The notes beneath the pieces are model-generated. The model was not told the DNA's origin. It did no database searches and saw only the letters and a program-made list of their open reading frames with translations. A program made the translations under genes and the position numbers. Below are positions 49,505 to 60,500 of a stretch of DNA of 64,000 nucleotides, piece by piece. The stretch comes from Thermodesulfobacteriota bacterium (GTDB lineage: Bacteria > Desulfobacterota > Desulfarculia > JACQYL01): NCBI GenBank assembly GCA_963675595.2, contig CAXXLZ010000002.1, positions 1,408,001 through 1,472,000 of the forward strand, written 5' to 3'. How positions within the stretch are numbered: the first letter of the stretch is position 1; each line of letters begins with the position of its first letter.

Positions 49505-51508
49505 TCATGCCCGTTCGCAGTCTCCCATGTCCCGCAGACACGCGACCAACCGGGTTCCTTCCATGGGACGATGTCGGACGTTGACATAGACGGCAAAGAG
49601 GCTTCCGTCCTTGCGTCGGTGACGGGAAATGAACCGATCCCCACCCTGATCAAGAACCCTTCTGATGCGCGCTTCCGTGTCCCGGGGCGTATGGGCCACG
49701 TCCAATTCCCCGAAATACATTCCCACCAGTTCTTCCTCGCTGTAACCGCTCATTCGGCAGTAGCTCTCGTTGGCTTCCAGCACGAAGCCACGGTCGTCAA
49801 GAATAAGAAATCCGTCCATGACGGGTGCCGGCTCCGTCCGATACCGCTCTTCCTTTCCCCTGAGCCCTCCTCCGGCCCGACTCTTCTGCAAGGCCAGCGC
49901 CGCCAGTCGTCCGAAAGACTCGGCCATGCGCAGATCGTCCTCTGTGAATCCGTCGGGCTTATTGGCAAACCCCATGACACCCGCAGTCTTGTTCTGAATC
50001 CGCATGGGCACGAACATCACGTTCTTCAGGTTCACATGTCCGGATGGCAGGTAAGCGGCCCACGTTCCGTTCATGAAATCGTTGTCCAAGACCGGACATC
50101 CCGTCTCGGAGGCTTCTCTTTCAAGGCCCTGGACCGGCATGGGGAAGCTCGGGTCAACACTGCAGGGAAGGCCCCCGGACTCGAGCAGCAGCATTTCATT
50201 CTCTTCGCCGCCTGCACGAAGCAGGGAGAAGTAGCCCGACTGAGCCCCGATCAGGTCCCGGGCTTTGTTGAAGATACGTCCGGCCGCACGATTGAAGTCC
50301 TCCTCATCGAGCACGCTCCCGGCACCCGCGAGGAGAAATTCCAGTTCTCTCTCTCTACGGTTCAAATCACGCCTCATCCGATCCCGCTCCATCTCGCCCC
50401 GTTTGTATCGGGTGATATCGGAGAAGATGCAACCGAATTGTCTGCGCCCGGGTCGAAAAGCCCGCACTTTGAAATGCCTGTCCAATTCGGCGCAATAGTT
50501 CTCAAAGCTGATCGGCTTGCCGGTCACCACTACACTGCCGTAAGCCTGGACCCAATGGGGCTCCACACCGGGCAGGACTTCCAGTACCGTCTTTCCCAAG
50601 ATATCGTGGGCCTTCAGCCCCGTCAGTCTCTCAAAGGCCGGATTGACGGACAAAAAGCGATAGTCGGACGGTTGCTCCCGTGCGTCGAAAATGATTTCGT
50701 GCAGTGCCAAGCCGTCCGGCATTTCATGAAACAGGATTTCGTAGTCTTTCTCCAAACGACGAAGTTCGGTTACGTCCCGCCCTATCGACAAGACGGACTC
50801 TACCGCACCGTCCGAATCGAACTCCGGAAGAAACCGCCACTCGAAAATGATCCAACCCTGTTTTCCCTCCAGAGAAAACTCCGTGTCGAAATAGGCACCG
50901 TTCTCGCATACTCGGCGAATCGCATCGTCCACTTGGGCACAAACGGGTTCGGGAAAACCAAGCTCTCGTTGCGTTCTTCCCATCATATGGGAGGAAGAGA
51001 TTCCAGTGGCCACTTCCGCATCACGGGATACGAAGAGATGTCTTCCCTCTCGGTCATACCGAATCACCACTCCCGGCATGCTCTGAAGAAGCGACCTATG
51101 TGCCTCCTCCTTTTGCTTCAGTAAGTTCTCGGCCTGTACCCGCTCATTGTCCAATATGCGGTTGCGGCGGATCATTTGGCTGATATTCAGAGCCAGAAGT
51201 CCGATTTCATCCCCACGGCGGCATAAGTGCTCCGGTAAAGGATCGAGACGGTTTTCCGCAGGTCGCAGGTGTACCGACAGCTCCTCGAGAGGACCAACGA
51301 TTCCGCGTTGCAGAAGACACCAGACGGCGGCAATCAAAACGAAGTCGAAAGCGGCGATGGAAAACGGGAGCGAGAACAGTGTCCGGGATTGGAAGCCCGT
51401 TTCAGGGACCACCAGAGTCAAAGCAATGTGCGTCACCGCAAGAACGATCGAAATCAGAACAACTCGCAATGTAAGAGACATAGTGGAACCCGAAAATCTG
51501 CGTATCAA
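49505..51508 (-). CDS. HAMP-PAS-PAS-GAF-PAS sensor with no output domain (possibly truncated)
   Basis: Two TM, RGDEIGLL HAMP, three PAS and one GAF; stops directly after the last PAC. Confidence 0.75.
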   Translation of the reverse strand: MIRRFSGSTMSLTLRVVLISIVLAVTHIALTLVVPETGFQSRTLFSLPFSIAAFDFVLIAAVWCLLQRGIVGPLEELSVHLRPAENRLDPLPEHLCRRGDEIGLLALNISQMIRRNRILDNERVQAENLLKQKEEAHRSLLQSMPGVVIRYDREGRHLFVSRDAEVATGISSSHMMGRTQRELGFPEPVCAQVDDAIRRVCENGAYFDTEFSLEGKQGWIIFEWRFLPEFDSDGAVESVLSIGRDVTELRRLEKDYEILFHEMPDGLALHEIIFDAREQPSDYRFLSVNPAFERLTGLKAHDILGKTVLEVLPGVEPHWVQAYGSVVVTGKPISFENYCAELDRHFKVRAFRPGRRQFGCIFSDITRYKRGEMERDRMRRDLNRRERELEFLLAGAGSVLDEEDFNRAAGRIFNKARDLIGAQSGYFSLLRAGGEENEMLLLESGGLPCSVDPSFPMPVQGLEREASETGCPVLDNDFMNGTWAAYLPSGHVNLKNVMFVPMRIQNKTAGVMGFANKPDGFTEDDLRMAESFGRLAALALQKSRAGGGLRGKEERYRTEPAPVMDGFLILDDRGFVLEANESYCRMSGYSEEELVGMYFGELDVAHTPRDTEARIRRVLDQGGDRFISRHRRKDGSLFAVYVNVRHRPMEGTRLVACLRDMGDCERA

Positions 51509-51782
51509 GAATGAAGGCCATCCGTTCGTCGTCGAACGAAAACATGAAGAGATCGGACTTCATCGAAACGCTTGTCGGCCTCCCTTGGTGTGAGGGGCCG
51601 AGAAAGCGTTTCGAAAAACGATGGTATCGTGGTCAACCGGTTTTCCATTGGGCTGAAAAGGTGCCTGTAGAGATTCCGACCCGCGTCGGAAGCGCTGTAA
51701 ACCTTTCTCGTCGTCCAACGTGAGAACCTGCTCCGGGCGAATCTCCTCAAATCGAGCCGCGTTGTTTCCGGAGCGGTGCCCA

Positions 51783-52298
51783 TCAGTGCATCAGCTGTGA
51801 GGTATCGAACTCCTTTTCCGCGAGTACCCGATCAATATCGAGCAGGACCTTGATGCTTCCCGCGGCCTTGGCGATTCCCAGTATGTATTCATTGTCGAGT
51901 TCGGCTCCAAAGGAAGGAGTGTCCTCGATTTCGCCCTCTCTGATGTTCAGCACTTCCGATACGGAATCCACCACGAGTCCCATTTCCAGTCGTCCGCGTT
52001 CGCTTTCCGTTTCCACCACCACAATACAGGTGCGGCTAGTGAATTCCTTCGCCTCCATTCCGAACCGTAACCTGAGATCCAGCACCGGAATGACCTTACC
52101 CCTCAAATTGATGACCCCCTTCACATACTCGGGGGTTCTCGGAATCGGAGTAATGGACATCACGCCGATAATCTCTCTGATTTTCATAATCCCGATGCCA
52201 AATTCCTCGCCGGCCAGGGAGAAAGTGAGATATTTTCCGGTCTTGTCGTCCGGATGTCCCTGATCATGAAACTCCCCGCCCCTCGGTCTCGCTTCCAT
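51783..52298 (-). CDS. cheW: Chemotaxis adaptor CheW
   Basis: YLTFSL, IREII, GVINLRGKVIPVLDLR, GLVVDSVSEV; AGGAGG RBS. Confidence 0.95.
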   Translation of the reverse strand: MEARPRGGEFHDQGHPDDKTGKYLTFSLAGEEFGIGIMKIREIIGVMSITPIPRTPEYVKGVINLRGKVIPVLDLRLRFGMEAKEFTSRTCIVVVETESERGRLEMGLVVDSVSEVLNIREGEIEDTPSFGAELDNEYILGIAKAAGSIKVLLDIDRVLAEKEFDTSQLMH

Positions 52299-52512
52299 TC
52301 ACATTCCTCCTTTTGATTCTCCGGATGTTCGCCTTCCGACGCCCATTCGGCGCCATAGGCCCCCGCCGCCTCATGCAGTTCCTTCGGAACCTCTTTTCCG
52401 GTAAAGACCCGGAGAAGGCCCGTTTGCGATTTTAGTACTCGCGGGTAAGGTTCGGGCATTCCCAACAATATCCCACCGGACGGTTCCGCACTCCTCGCCG
52501 GCCGTTCAAGTG

Positions 52513-52528
52513 TGCAAGCATCAGGCCG
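52513..52528 (-). promoter_or_regulatory. Possible sigma54 promoter upstream of cheW
   Basis: Minus strand CGGCCTGATGCTTGCA has GG-N10-GC spacing with TTGCA; imperfect -24 element. Confidence 0.35.
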
Positions 52529-52985
52529 GCTCCAGCGTCTCGCCTCGCGAATCACTCGGCTCGCCCGAAAGTACGAAGCCGATGCAAAGCCGTGGCGGGT
52601 CTTAAAGCTTAATGAAGAAAAGGTTCGGACATAGATGACAATAAGACTGAAAATAAAGTCCCACGGCGGGCAGTCGTTGTTGTTACTTGCGGCATGGGCG
52701 AATTATGGTCGATACGCTTCGCTTTTCGTGAATTCCCGATTCAAGAGGTAGGAAATGGTCTTACCGCAGACAGATGAAGAAATGCGCGCGCGAGGTCTTT
52801 GGAAGAGGACTTCCGGTATACCGCAGTGGGTTATGCCTCTCCCGACTGTCCTGCAAATCGGACCCCGGGAATTGAAGCACGCTGATATACTCGGGTAACC
52901 TATTAATCTTAAATCAGAACCTTGAGAGTCTCTCAAACCGGACATGTCCAGTTTATTGGACACCGGCATTCGCTGGGCGGTTCGT

Positions 52986-54190
52986 TCACGCCTCCTGCCG
53001 GGTGAATTTCTTGCATAGTTCAAGCCGGTAAGGAACCCGATCCTCGAGCCCGGCCTCCTGGAGATAAATCAAATCAAGTTGAGGCCGACGGGATTCATCT
53101 CCCGTGTCGTTCAGATGCCGTTCCAACACATCGGCCGCGTGCAGCGCGGTCAGGACACTGAAACCGCTGTCCGATGCGTCTCCCGGGTTATGATGATACG
53201 CGATCGCTTGAACAACATCGCTCCGAAGTCCCCAGATCGCGGTCAGATAGGCTCCGAGGGTTGCGTGGGTCGTATCGAAAACCCTTTGCTCGGCAGCGCC
53301 CTCCGAAAGATCGTCCGATTCGCAGACTTGATTTACCGCCTCGTACCCGCCGGGAGAATTCATAGCCAAAATCAGCTTGCCGATATCATGCAGTAATCCC
53401 GACAAGAACGCGCGATCTCCAAGCCCGGCGTCGTGCGACTCGGCCATGGCGATGGCTTTGGCCATGGAAGCGACGGCAAGACCGTGATCCCACAGCCGAT
53501 TCGCGGACAGCCCTTTAACGCGTTTCGGGTCGAATTGCTCGAATACCTGGACGGCAAGAGCCGGCGACTTGACCGTATCCAGACCGAGCAAATTGACCGC
53601 TTGGCCGGCGCTCGAAACATGAGTGTAGAGACCGAAGAAAGCCGAATTGACGAGTTGGAGTATTTTCGCCGTCATACCCAGCTCTCTTGAGATCACCTCA
53701 CCAACCTTCGAGATCGACGGATCCGTCGACTGCAGCACCTCCATGATCTCCCGGTACAGGCTGGGTAGGCAGGGCAGTGTTTGCAGTTTCGAAGCCATTT
53801 CGATCAAGCTTTCGTCGGTCGGCATGTCTCGGACCGTACAGGCTTGCCGGACGGTATTGATCAACGTATCCGGATCGCACGGTTTTGCGAGAAACTGGTG
53901 AGCGCATTTTGTGACTTTCAAGTTCAGATCCGTATTCGACTGACCCGAAAGAACGATGCGAACCACGGCGGGCCGGCGTCTCGCCACTTCCGCCAAGAGC
54001 TCCGGTCCACTCATGCCCGGCATACGCATATCGGTCACAAGCACATCGATCTCTTCCGCCCCCAGTTTTTCCAGAGCTTCGGCGCCACTTAAGGCGAACG
54101 TCATCTCCCAGCCGGGTTTTCGCGAAGAAGGTTCCGACGTAGCCCACGAATCAACTCCTTGTCGTCGTCCACAAACAGTACTTTTTTCAC
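52986..54190 (-). pseudogene. REC-HDOD response regulator with a 1-nt frameshift
   Basis: GTG 54190 (overlapping the upstream stop) gives MKKVLFVDDDKELIRGLRRNLLRE, then hits a stop. Adding one A at the A4 run (54117-54120) joins it to PGWEMTFALSG...TDMRMP...LVNSAFFG...GLLHDIGK. Span is 1205 nt. Confidence 0.85.
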
Positions 54191-57100
54191 GCTTCCAACC
54201 TTTCCAGCCCTTTCATGTCCGACTCATAGGGCAGCCGAATTCGAAAGGTGGTTCCCACGCCGGACTCGGTTTCGCACCAGATCTTCCCTTGGTGCCGTTC
54301 GACGATCACCGCGTGCGCCAGAGAGAGGCCCTGCCCGGTGCCTTTGCCGACTTCCTTGGTCGTGAAAAACGGATCGAAAATCCGGTCTTTGATCCCTTCC
54401 GGAATGCCTCCGCCGTTGTCCGTTACGCTGATCTCACATTCCCCGCCCAGGTTCTCCGTCTTGATCCTGATGAGACCCTTGTAGCCTTTGTACTTGTTGC
54501 CCATCTCACCGATGGCCTGGGACGCATTGACGATCAGGTTGAGAATCACCTGATTCAGCTCGCCCACGTAACATGGAACCAGGGGTATGGTGACGTCGGG
54601 ATCGGTTTCCATGTCCGCGACGTATTTCCACTCGTTTCTGGACACGGTAATCGTATTGGAGATACTCGCGTTAATATCCGACAAGGTCTTTTCGTCCGTG
54701 CCCGGATGAGAAAAATTCTTCATGGCGAGAACAATGCTCGACACCCGCTTCAGCCCATCCAAGGTTTCTTCGAGACTGGACGGAACTTCCTCCATCAGGA
54801 ACTCCAAATCAATATCCCGGGCGACGTCATCCACTTGATCCAGTGCCGTTCTCATAGCCTCTCGATCGTCAAGATTGTCCCGCAGTTCTTGATACTTATC
54901 CAGCAGCAGGGTAAGCCCTGAGAACGCCTCCTGGAGGAAACTCATGTTGTGGGTGACGAATTGCGTCGGCGTGTTGATTTCATGGGCGATGCCGGCGGCC
55001 AGTTGGCCTATGGATTCCAGCTTTTGGGCCTGCGCCAGTTGACGCTCCAGTCGAATCTGGTCCGTAATGTCGTTCCCCATGATGAGGATTCCCTTGAAAA
55101 GCCCTCCCCCTCCCCCCATCTCAACCGGGGTGACCACAATACTCAGGACTCCTTGTTTCCCTTGGGGATTGGTAAAGTTCACCTGTTCATTCCGGACCGG
55201 GCCCCCGTCCCGTCCGCACCGCAACAGGTTCTTTTCCATAACGTCCAGATCCAGGGCGATCGGACACTCGGAAAAGGGTTTTCCCAACACATCCTTTTCT
55301 TCAACGCCGAAGGCCTCCTCCGCGGCCCTGTTCCATCTGAAAACAAGGTTCTCCGACGTCAACCCGATAAGAATGGATGGAATGGCGGCCAGCAACTGCT
55401 GTATTTCGGCGTGAGCTTCGCGTAGGGAGCGCTCAGCGGATTTCCTCTCCGAAATATCCTGCATCACGCCCACGATGCCGGCGGCCCGGCCGCGTCGATC
55501 TCGGTAAAGCGCTTTGTTGAGGAGAATTTCGTGTTCCTTTCCATCCCGCATACGCATTTGAGTCTCGAATATCTGAACGCCCTCTTCATGCAGCAACTTC
55601 CGGTCCCAATCCCGAAACAGGAGCCCCGTCTCTTCGGACGAAAAATCCGTGAAGTTCCGGCCGATGATGTCATTTCGCTCTTTTCCGATCATGCTTTCGA
55701 ACGCTTTGTTGCATCCCTGGAAGATCAGGTCCTTGTTCTTGTAATAGATCGGGTTGGGGATGGCGTCCATCAAAGCCTGAAGGAAGTGAAGATTTTCTTT
55801 GTTCTGGTCTTCGGCCCGTTTTCTTTCCGTCGTGTTGTTGGCGAGGATGAGAAGCTCGGAACGACCGCCCTCTGAACTGAATACCGGGTTGAGAATGACG
55901 TCGTAATATTCCGCTTCCCCCTGACGGCTGAAGACGGCGAAATCATGCAGTTGAACGGGTGTTCCTTGCTTGCGAACGTCCGATAGACAGAGCCTCAATT
56001 GTTCCCATCCGGCTCCAAGGAGGGCGTCGTCGATCCTGCGGCCGACCACTTCGCTCTCCACCAGGCCCACGGCCTTCTCAGCGGCTTTGTTCCAGCGAGT
56101 GATGCGCCCCTCGCCGTCGAGGCCGATCAGCATGGAAGGTATCGACTCGAGAAGAAGACAGATATCTCGGTGGGTTTCGTACCGATCCCTCTCGGCCTCC
56201 TTGAGCCGAGTGATGTCCCTGTACATGAGGATTCTACCCAACCACCCCCCCTCACTGTCGAAATACGGAGTCTCGGTAACCAGAAAATCCCCGCCAAGCC
56301 GTTCATCATGCATTTCGTTCGTAATACTCTGCTCGGCGGTATCCGGACGAATTTGAGGGCAATCGACACATAGGTCTTCAAATCCCTTGACGATCTCATA
56401 GCAGGGGGCTCCGACACACTCGTCCGCCGGGCGATCTATGCGCTCGGCCATGGAACGATTGATCCGCTTGATCCGAAAATCCCCGCCGATCAGGGCAATC
56501 AGGTCCGGCACGGCATCGAACGTACGTTCCCATTCGTCTTTCGCCGCCAGCAATTGTCGTTCCAGTGTTTTCGTGGAAGTCACGTCGAAGAGCACCCCAT
56601 CGACGTGATGAAATCGGCCCTCATCCGAAAAGACCGGAGCGCCCCGATCCTGCACCCAAACAACTTCACCGTCTCTTCGCCGAATTCGGTATTCAACGAT
56701 GAATCCCTGCCTGCCGAGAATCGCTTGGCCGAACACCCGCTTGACCATATCGACGTCTTCTTCCACCATCGCCTGACGCCACCGCATTCCTCCACTGCTG
56801 AGTTCTTCGGCCGTATACCCGGTGAGAGGCTCGATCTTGGAGTCGAGAAATTGGAGTTCGCCGTTGGCGCCGCGCGTGTACACCACTCCCGGCAGGTTGG
56901 CCACCAAATTGCGATAGGTCTCTTCCTTCAGTCTCAGCTCGGCTTCTCGGGTGCGCAGGTCATCAACCGTGCTCAACAGCTGGATGGTACGATTGGAGAG
57001 TTGCTCCTCCAACAGGTGCGTTCTCTCTCGGCTTTCGAGTTCAAGTTCTCGACGTCTTAAGCCGTTGGCCACGGCGATGGAGAGCTCCGTCCTGGAAAAC

Positions 57101-57408
57101 GGCTTTGTCAGGTATCCATAGGCACCGAGATCCAGCACCCGCGCGGTGATATCTTCGTCCTGAACCCCGCTGGCCATGACCACCGCGATATCCGGCGCCT
57201 TTCCCCCTATTTCCTCCAACAGTTCCATTCCGGAACCGCCGGGCATCCTTATGTCCATGAGGACCAATTCCGGAACATCGGCCGCAATCTTTTCCCGTGC
57301 TTCCGCAACGCTTGCGGCGCCGTCGCAGGTATGCCCCTGTTGGTTGAGCTGTGCCCGCATCCTCTTCCGGATGAGTTCCTCATCGTCCACGATCAATATC
57401 TTGGCCAT
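54187..57408 (-). CDS. REC-PAS x5-HisKA-HATPase histidine kinase
   Basis: MAKILIVDDE, MDIRMP, LAAGIAHEINTP, GTGQGL. Start at ATG 57408. Confidence 0.92.
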   Translation of the reverse strand: MAKILIVDDEELIRKRMRAQLNQQGHTCDGAASVAEAREKIAADVPELVLMDIRMPGGSGMELLEEIGGKAPDIAVVMASGVQDEDITARVLDLGAYGYLTKPFSRTELSIAVANGLRRRELELESRERTHLLEEQLSNRTIQLLSTVDDLRTREAELRLKEETYRNLVANLPGVVYTRGANGELQFLDSKIEPLTGYTAEELSSGGMRWRQAMVEEDVDMVKRVFGQAILGRQGFIVEYRIRRRDGEVVWVQDRGAPVFSDEGRFHHVDGVLFDVTSTKTLERQLLAAKDEWERTFDAVPDLIALIGGDFRIKRINRSMAERIDRPADECVGAPCYEIVKGFEDLCVDCPQIRPDTAEQSITNEMHDERLGGDFLVTETPYFDSEGGWLGRILMYRDITRLKEAERDRYETHRDICLLLESIPSMLIGLDGEGRITRWNKAAEKAVGLVESEVVGRRIDDALLGAGWEQLRLCLSDVRKQGTPVQLHDFAVFSRQGEAEYYDVILNPVFSSEGGRSELLILANNTTERKRAEDQNKENLHFLQALMDAIPNPIYYKNKDLIFQGCNKAFESMIGKERNDIIGRNFTDFSSEETGLLFRDWDRKLLHEEGVQIFETQMRMRDGKEHEILLNKALYRDRRGRAAGIVGVMQDISERKSAERSLREAHAEIQQLLAAIPSILIGLTSENLVFRWNRAAEEAFGVEEKDVLGKPFSECPIALDLDVMEKNLLRCGRDGGPVRNEQVNFTNPQGKQGVLSIVVTPVEMGGGGGLFKGILIMGNDITDQIRLERQLAQAQKLESIGQLAAGIAHEINTPTQFVTHNMSFLQEAFSGLTLLLDKYQELRDNLDDREAMRTALDQVDDVARDIDLEFLMEEVPSSLEETLDGLKRVSSIVLAMKNFSHPGTDEKTLSDINASISNTITVSRNEWKYVADMETDPDVTIPLVPCYVGELNQVILNLIVNASQAIGEMGNKYKGYKGLIRIKTENLGGECEISVTDNGGGIPEGIKDRIFDPFFTTKEVGKGTGQGLSLAHAVIVERHQGKIWCETESGVGTTFRIRLPYESDMKGLERLEA

Positions 57409-57525
57409 GCCGGCGCCTCGCCTTCTCTCCATCAAGCCGATCGATGTCTGAAATGCCGTCTCCTCTAAAGGACGCATCCACGACCCGGGCCTCTGTTGCA
57501 TTGACATACTGATTCGGTTACCCGA

Positions 57526-60500
57526 TCAGGCCTCGCTAGAGTGCTTCCCGCGGAGCCTCGATTCTTCCCCCTCCCCGTCACTCAACAGGAGGTCGATCTT
57601 TTCCGCGAGTCTGCGAACATTGAAAGGTTTCTGCAGAAAAGGCATGCCCGGCTCTCGAACGATATGCTCGGCAACGGCCTCATCCGTGTATCCCGACATG
57701 TAGATCACCTTCAGATCGGGTAGAATTCTCATGAGTCGGTCCACGAGGACCTTTCCACTCATTCCCGGCATGACCACGTCTGTGATGATCAGGTCCGGAT
57801 GCAAACCTTTTTCCTCGACCAACAGCAACGCCTCCCCTGCATTGGCCGCAGTGGTCGCTCGGTACTTCATGCTCGTAAGGGTCCGCCCAATCAGTTTTCG
57901 AAGCGACGCCTCATCTTCGACCACCAAAATGCTCGCCTCCCCGCGCATGGTTCTCGGTATCACGCTCGCCCCCGGCTTTTTCTCTGAAACATCGCAAGCC
58001 TGCGGCAAGTAGATTGCAAACGAAGAACCTTGGCCGGGTCGGCTGGTAACCCTTATGCCGCCGCCGGACTGCTTCACGATTCCATACACGGTCGAGAGGC
58101 CCAGCCCGGTTCCTTTCCCCGCCTCTTTGGTGGTAAAGAACGGCTCGAACAATTTCTTCTTCGTTTCCTCATCCATGCCGGCCCCCGTGTCGCTGACGGT
58201 CATCAAGACATAGGCTCCCGGAACGACTTCGAGATATTTTTCCGCATAGGCCTCGTCCAATTCGACCAGTGCGGTCTCAATGGTCAACGTTCCGCCTTGC
58301 GGCATGGCATCCCGGGCGTTCACCGCCAGGTTCATGATCACTTGTTCGATCTGGCCGGCATCAACCTCCACCGGGCTCAGTTCTTCATCCAGTTCGGTAA
58401 CCAGTTCGACATCCTCACCAATGAGCCGTTGAAGCATCTTCTCCAGATTCCGCACGATGTCGTTGAGATTCAGTACTTCGGGACGGAGAGTCTGTTTGCG
58501 GCTGAATGCCAGAAGCTGTCTGGTCAAGGAGGCCGATCGGTTTCCGGCTTCGACGATCGCGGTCGCGCATTCCTTCAGCGGGTCGGAGTCGTGGAGACTG
58601 TTAATGAGCTCCTCGCCGTATCCAATGATCACACTGAGCATATTGTTGAAGTCATGCGCCACACCTCCCGCGAGCCGACCAATGGATTCGAGCTTCTGAG
58701 TCTGACGCATCTGCTCCTCGATCTCGGATTTTTCCCTCGTAATCTTAAGATGTTCGGTCACGTCGTTCTTGACGGCCACATAGTTGATGATGGTTCCCGA
58801 AGCGTCTCTGACCGGAGAGATGGTGCTGTCCTCGGTGAACAGAGATCCGTCTTTGCGTCGGTTGACCATGCGCCCGCGCCAAGTCTCGCCGCAAGATATG
58901 GTGGCCCACAAATCTTGATAGAAAGCCTCGTCCTGTGTTCCGCTTCCGAGCAAACGTGTATTCTTCCCTTGAATCTCATCACGTGAGTACCCGGTGATGC
59001 GTTCGAAGACGGGATTGACGTATTCAATGTCCCCTTTCCGGTCCGTGACCACAACCATCTCCCCTGCTTGGTCGATGGCCGCCGCCAAGCGCGCTCTTTG
59101 GGCTTCGATCCGCTTGTTCTCGGCGGTCACCCAACAGACGTCGGCCAGGTACGAAACAACCTCACAATCCTCCTCGGTGTAGTCACTCCCTTTGTTTCCA
59201 ACGCCGAGAACGGCAACGATACGATCGCCGCGCACAACCGGCACCACCAGTTCGCGCACCACGCGGGCATGTCCTTCGGGAAGGCCTTTCCGTTGCGGAA
59301 GAGAGAAGTAGTCATTGTGAATGACCGGCCGTCGCAGACGAATGCAATCCGCCCACACGCCGGCATCATCAAGGCTGTAATGAATCTCCTTTCCTTCCGC
59401 GGTGCAGAACTCTTCCAAGGTTCGGCTGGACCACGCCTGAAGAGACAGTGTTTTCTGATCCGCCTCGACGAAGTGACAAAAGCCGATGGCGCTGTGGCTC
59501 ATCTCACAAACAATGTCCAAAGCATATTGCAGAAATTCCTCCGTGCCGCGTAATTCGGCAAATTCGAGCATTTGCATTCGGGCGCGAAGCAGGTTCTCCA
59601 CTTTCCTACGGTCCGTGACGTCCTGCACCATGCCGACGGATCGAACGACCTTGCCCGACGCATCGTACTCATGAAAACATTTCTCATGAACGTATCGGAC
59701 CTCTCTGGTCGTCTTCCCGATGATGCGATACTCAATCTCGAATCCTTCTTCTCCGCCGCTTACGGACTCGAGATAACCTTCATCCACAGCCGAACGGTCA
59801 TCCGGGTGAATACATTCAATGAACGCCTCCCGGGTTCCGTCGAACTCCTCGGGCCGCAGACCGAAAATGGCGTAGACTTGGTCGCACCAGGTCAATCGAT
59901 TGGAAACCAAGTCCAACTCCCAAGCGCCCAGATGCGCCATCTCCTGGGCGTTGCGCAGCATGGCCTCGACCTTCCGCGCCTGGCATTCCACCGATTTTCT
60001 CTGGCTGACGTCCTGGAATGTGCCTCGCATACCCGTGCAAGAACCGTTCTCATAAACGGGTTCTCCATGGACTCGACACCAGAGGGTCTTCTTTCCGGCG
60101 GTTCGGACCTGCAGCTCCAAGTCAAACGGAACGCCCTCGTCACGGGCTAAATCGTAAGCTTTCTTCAGTGTGAGCCGGTCTTGGGCGGGATAGTAGGCGT
60201 AGTGCTCACGCACACCAGGCGGTTCCTCGTCATAAGGAATCCCCATGATCTCATGGAGTGCTTTGGTCCACACCGCCTTGCCCGTCGCAAAGTCATGCTT
60301 CCATCCCCCGACTTTGGCCATTCGGCCCGTATCGTCCAGCATCCGCTGACGTTCACGCAGCGAAGCCTCCGCGTGCATCAAGTCCGTAATATCCAAGAAG
60401 ACGGCGATGCCGGCGACGACATTGCCTTGGTCGTCACGGAGAGGCGCGGCGCTTACCGACAGCCATTGATCCTTCCCGTCCCGTGGAAGGATCAGCTCAC

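Noticed and set aside
52555-52675. c-di-GMP-I (GEMM) riboswitch-like words (CCGAAAG, GATGCAAAGCC, GGGTCTTAA, ATGACA) on the + strand
   Set aside because: Lacks the 5' GGCAAA and the closing P1 helix, and is antisense to all flanking genes; better explained as a plain GCCGTGG/CCACGGC hairpin.
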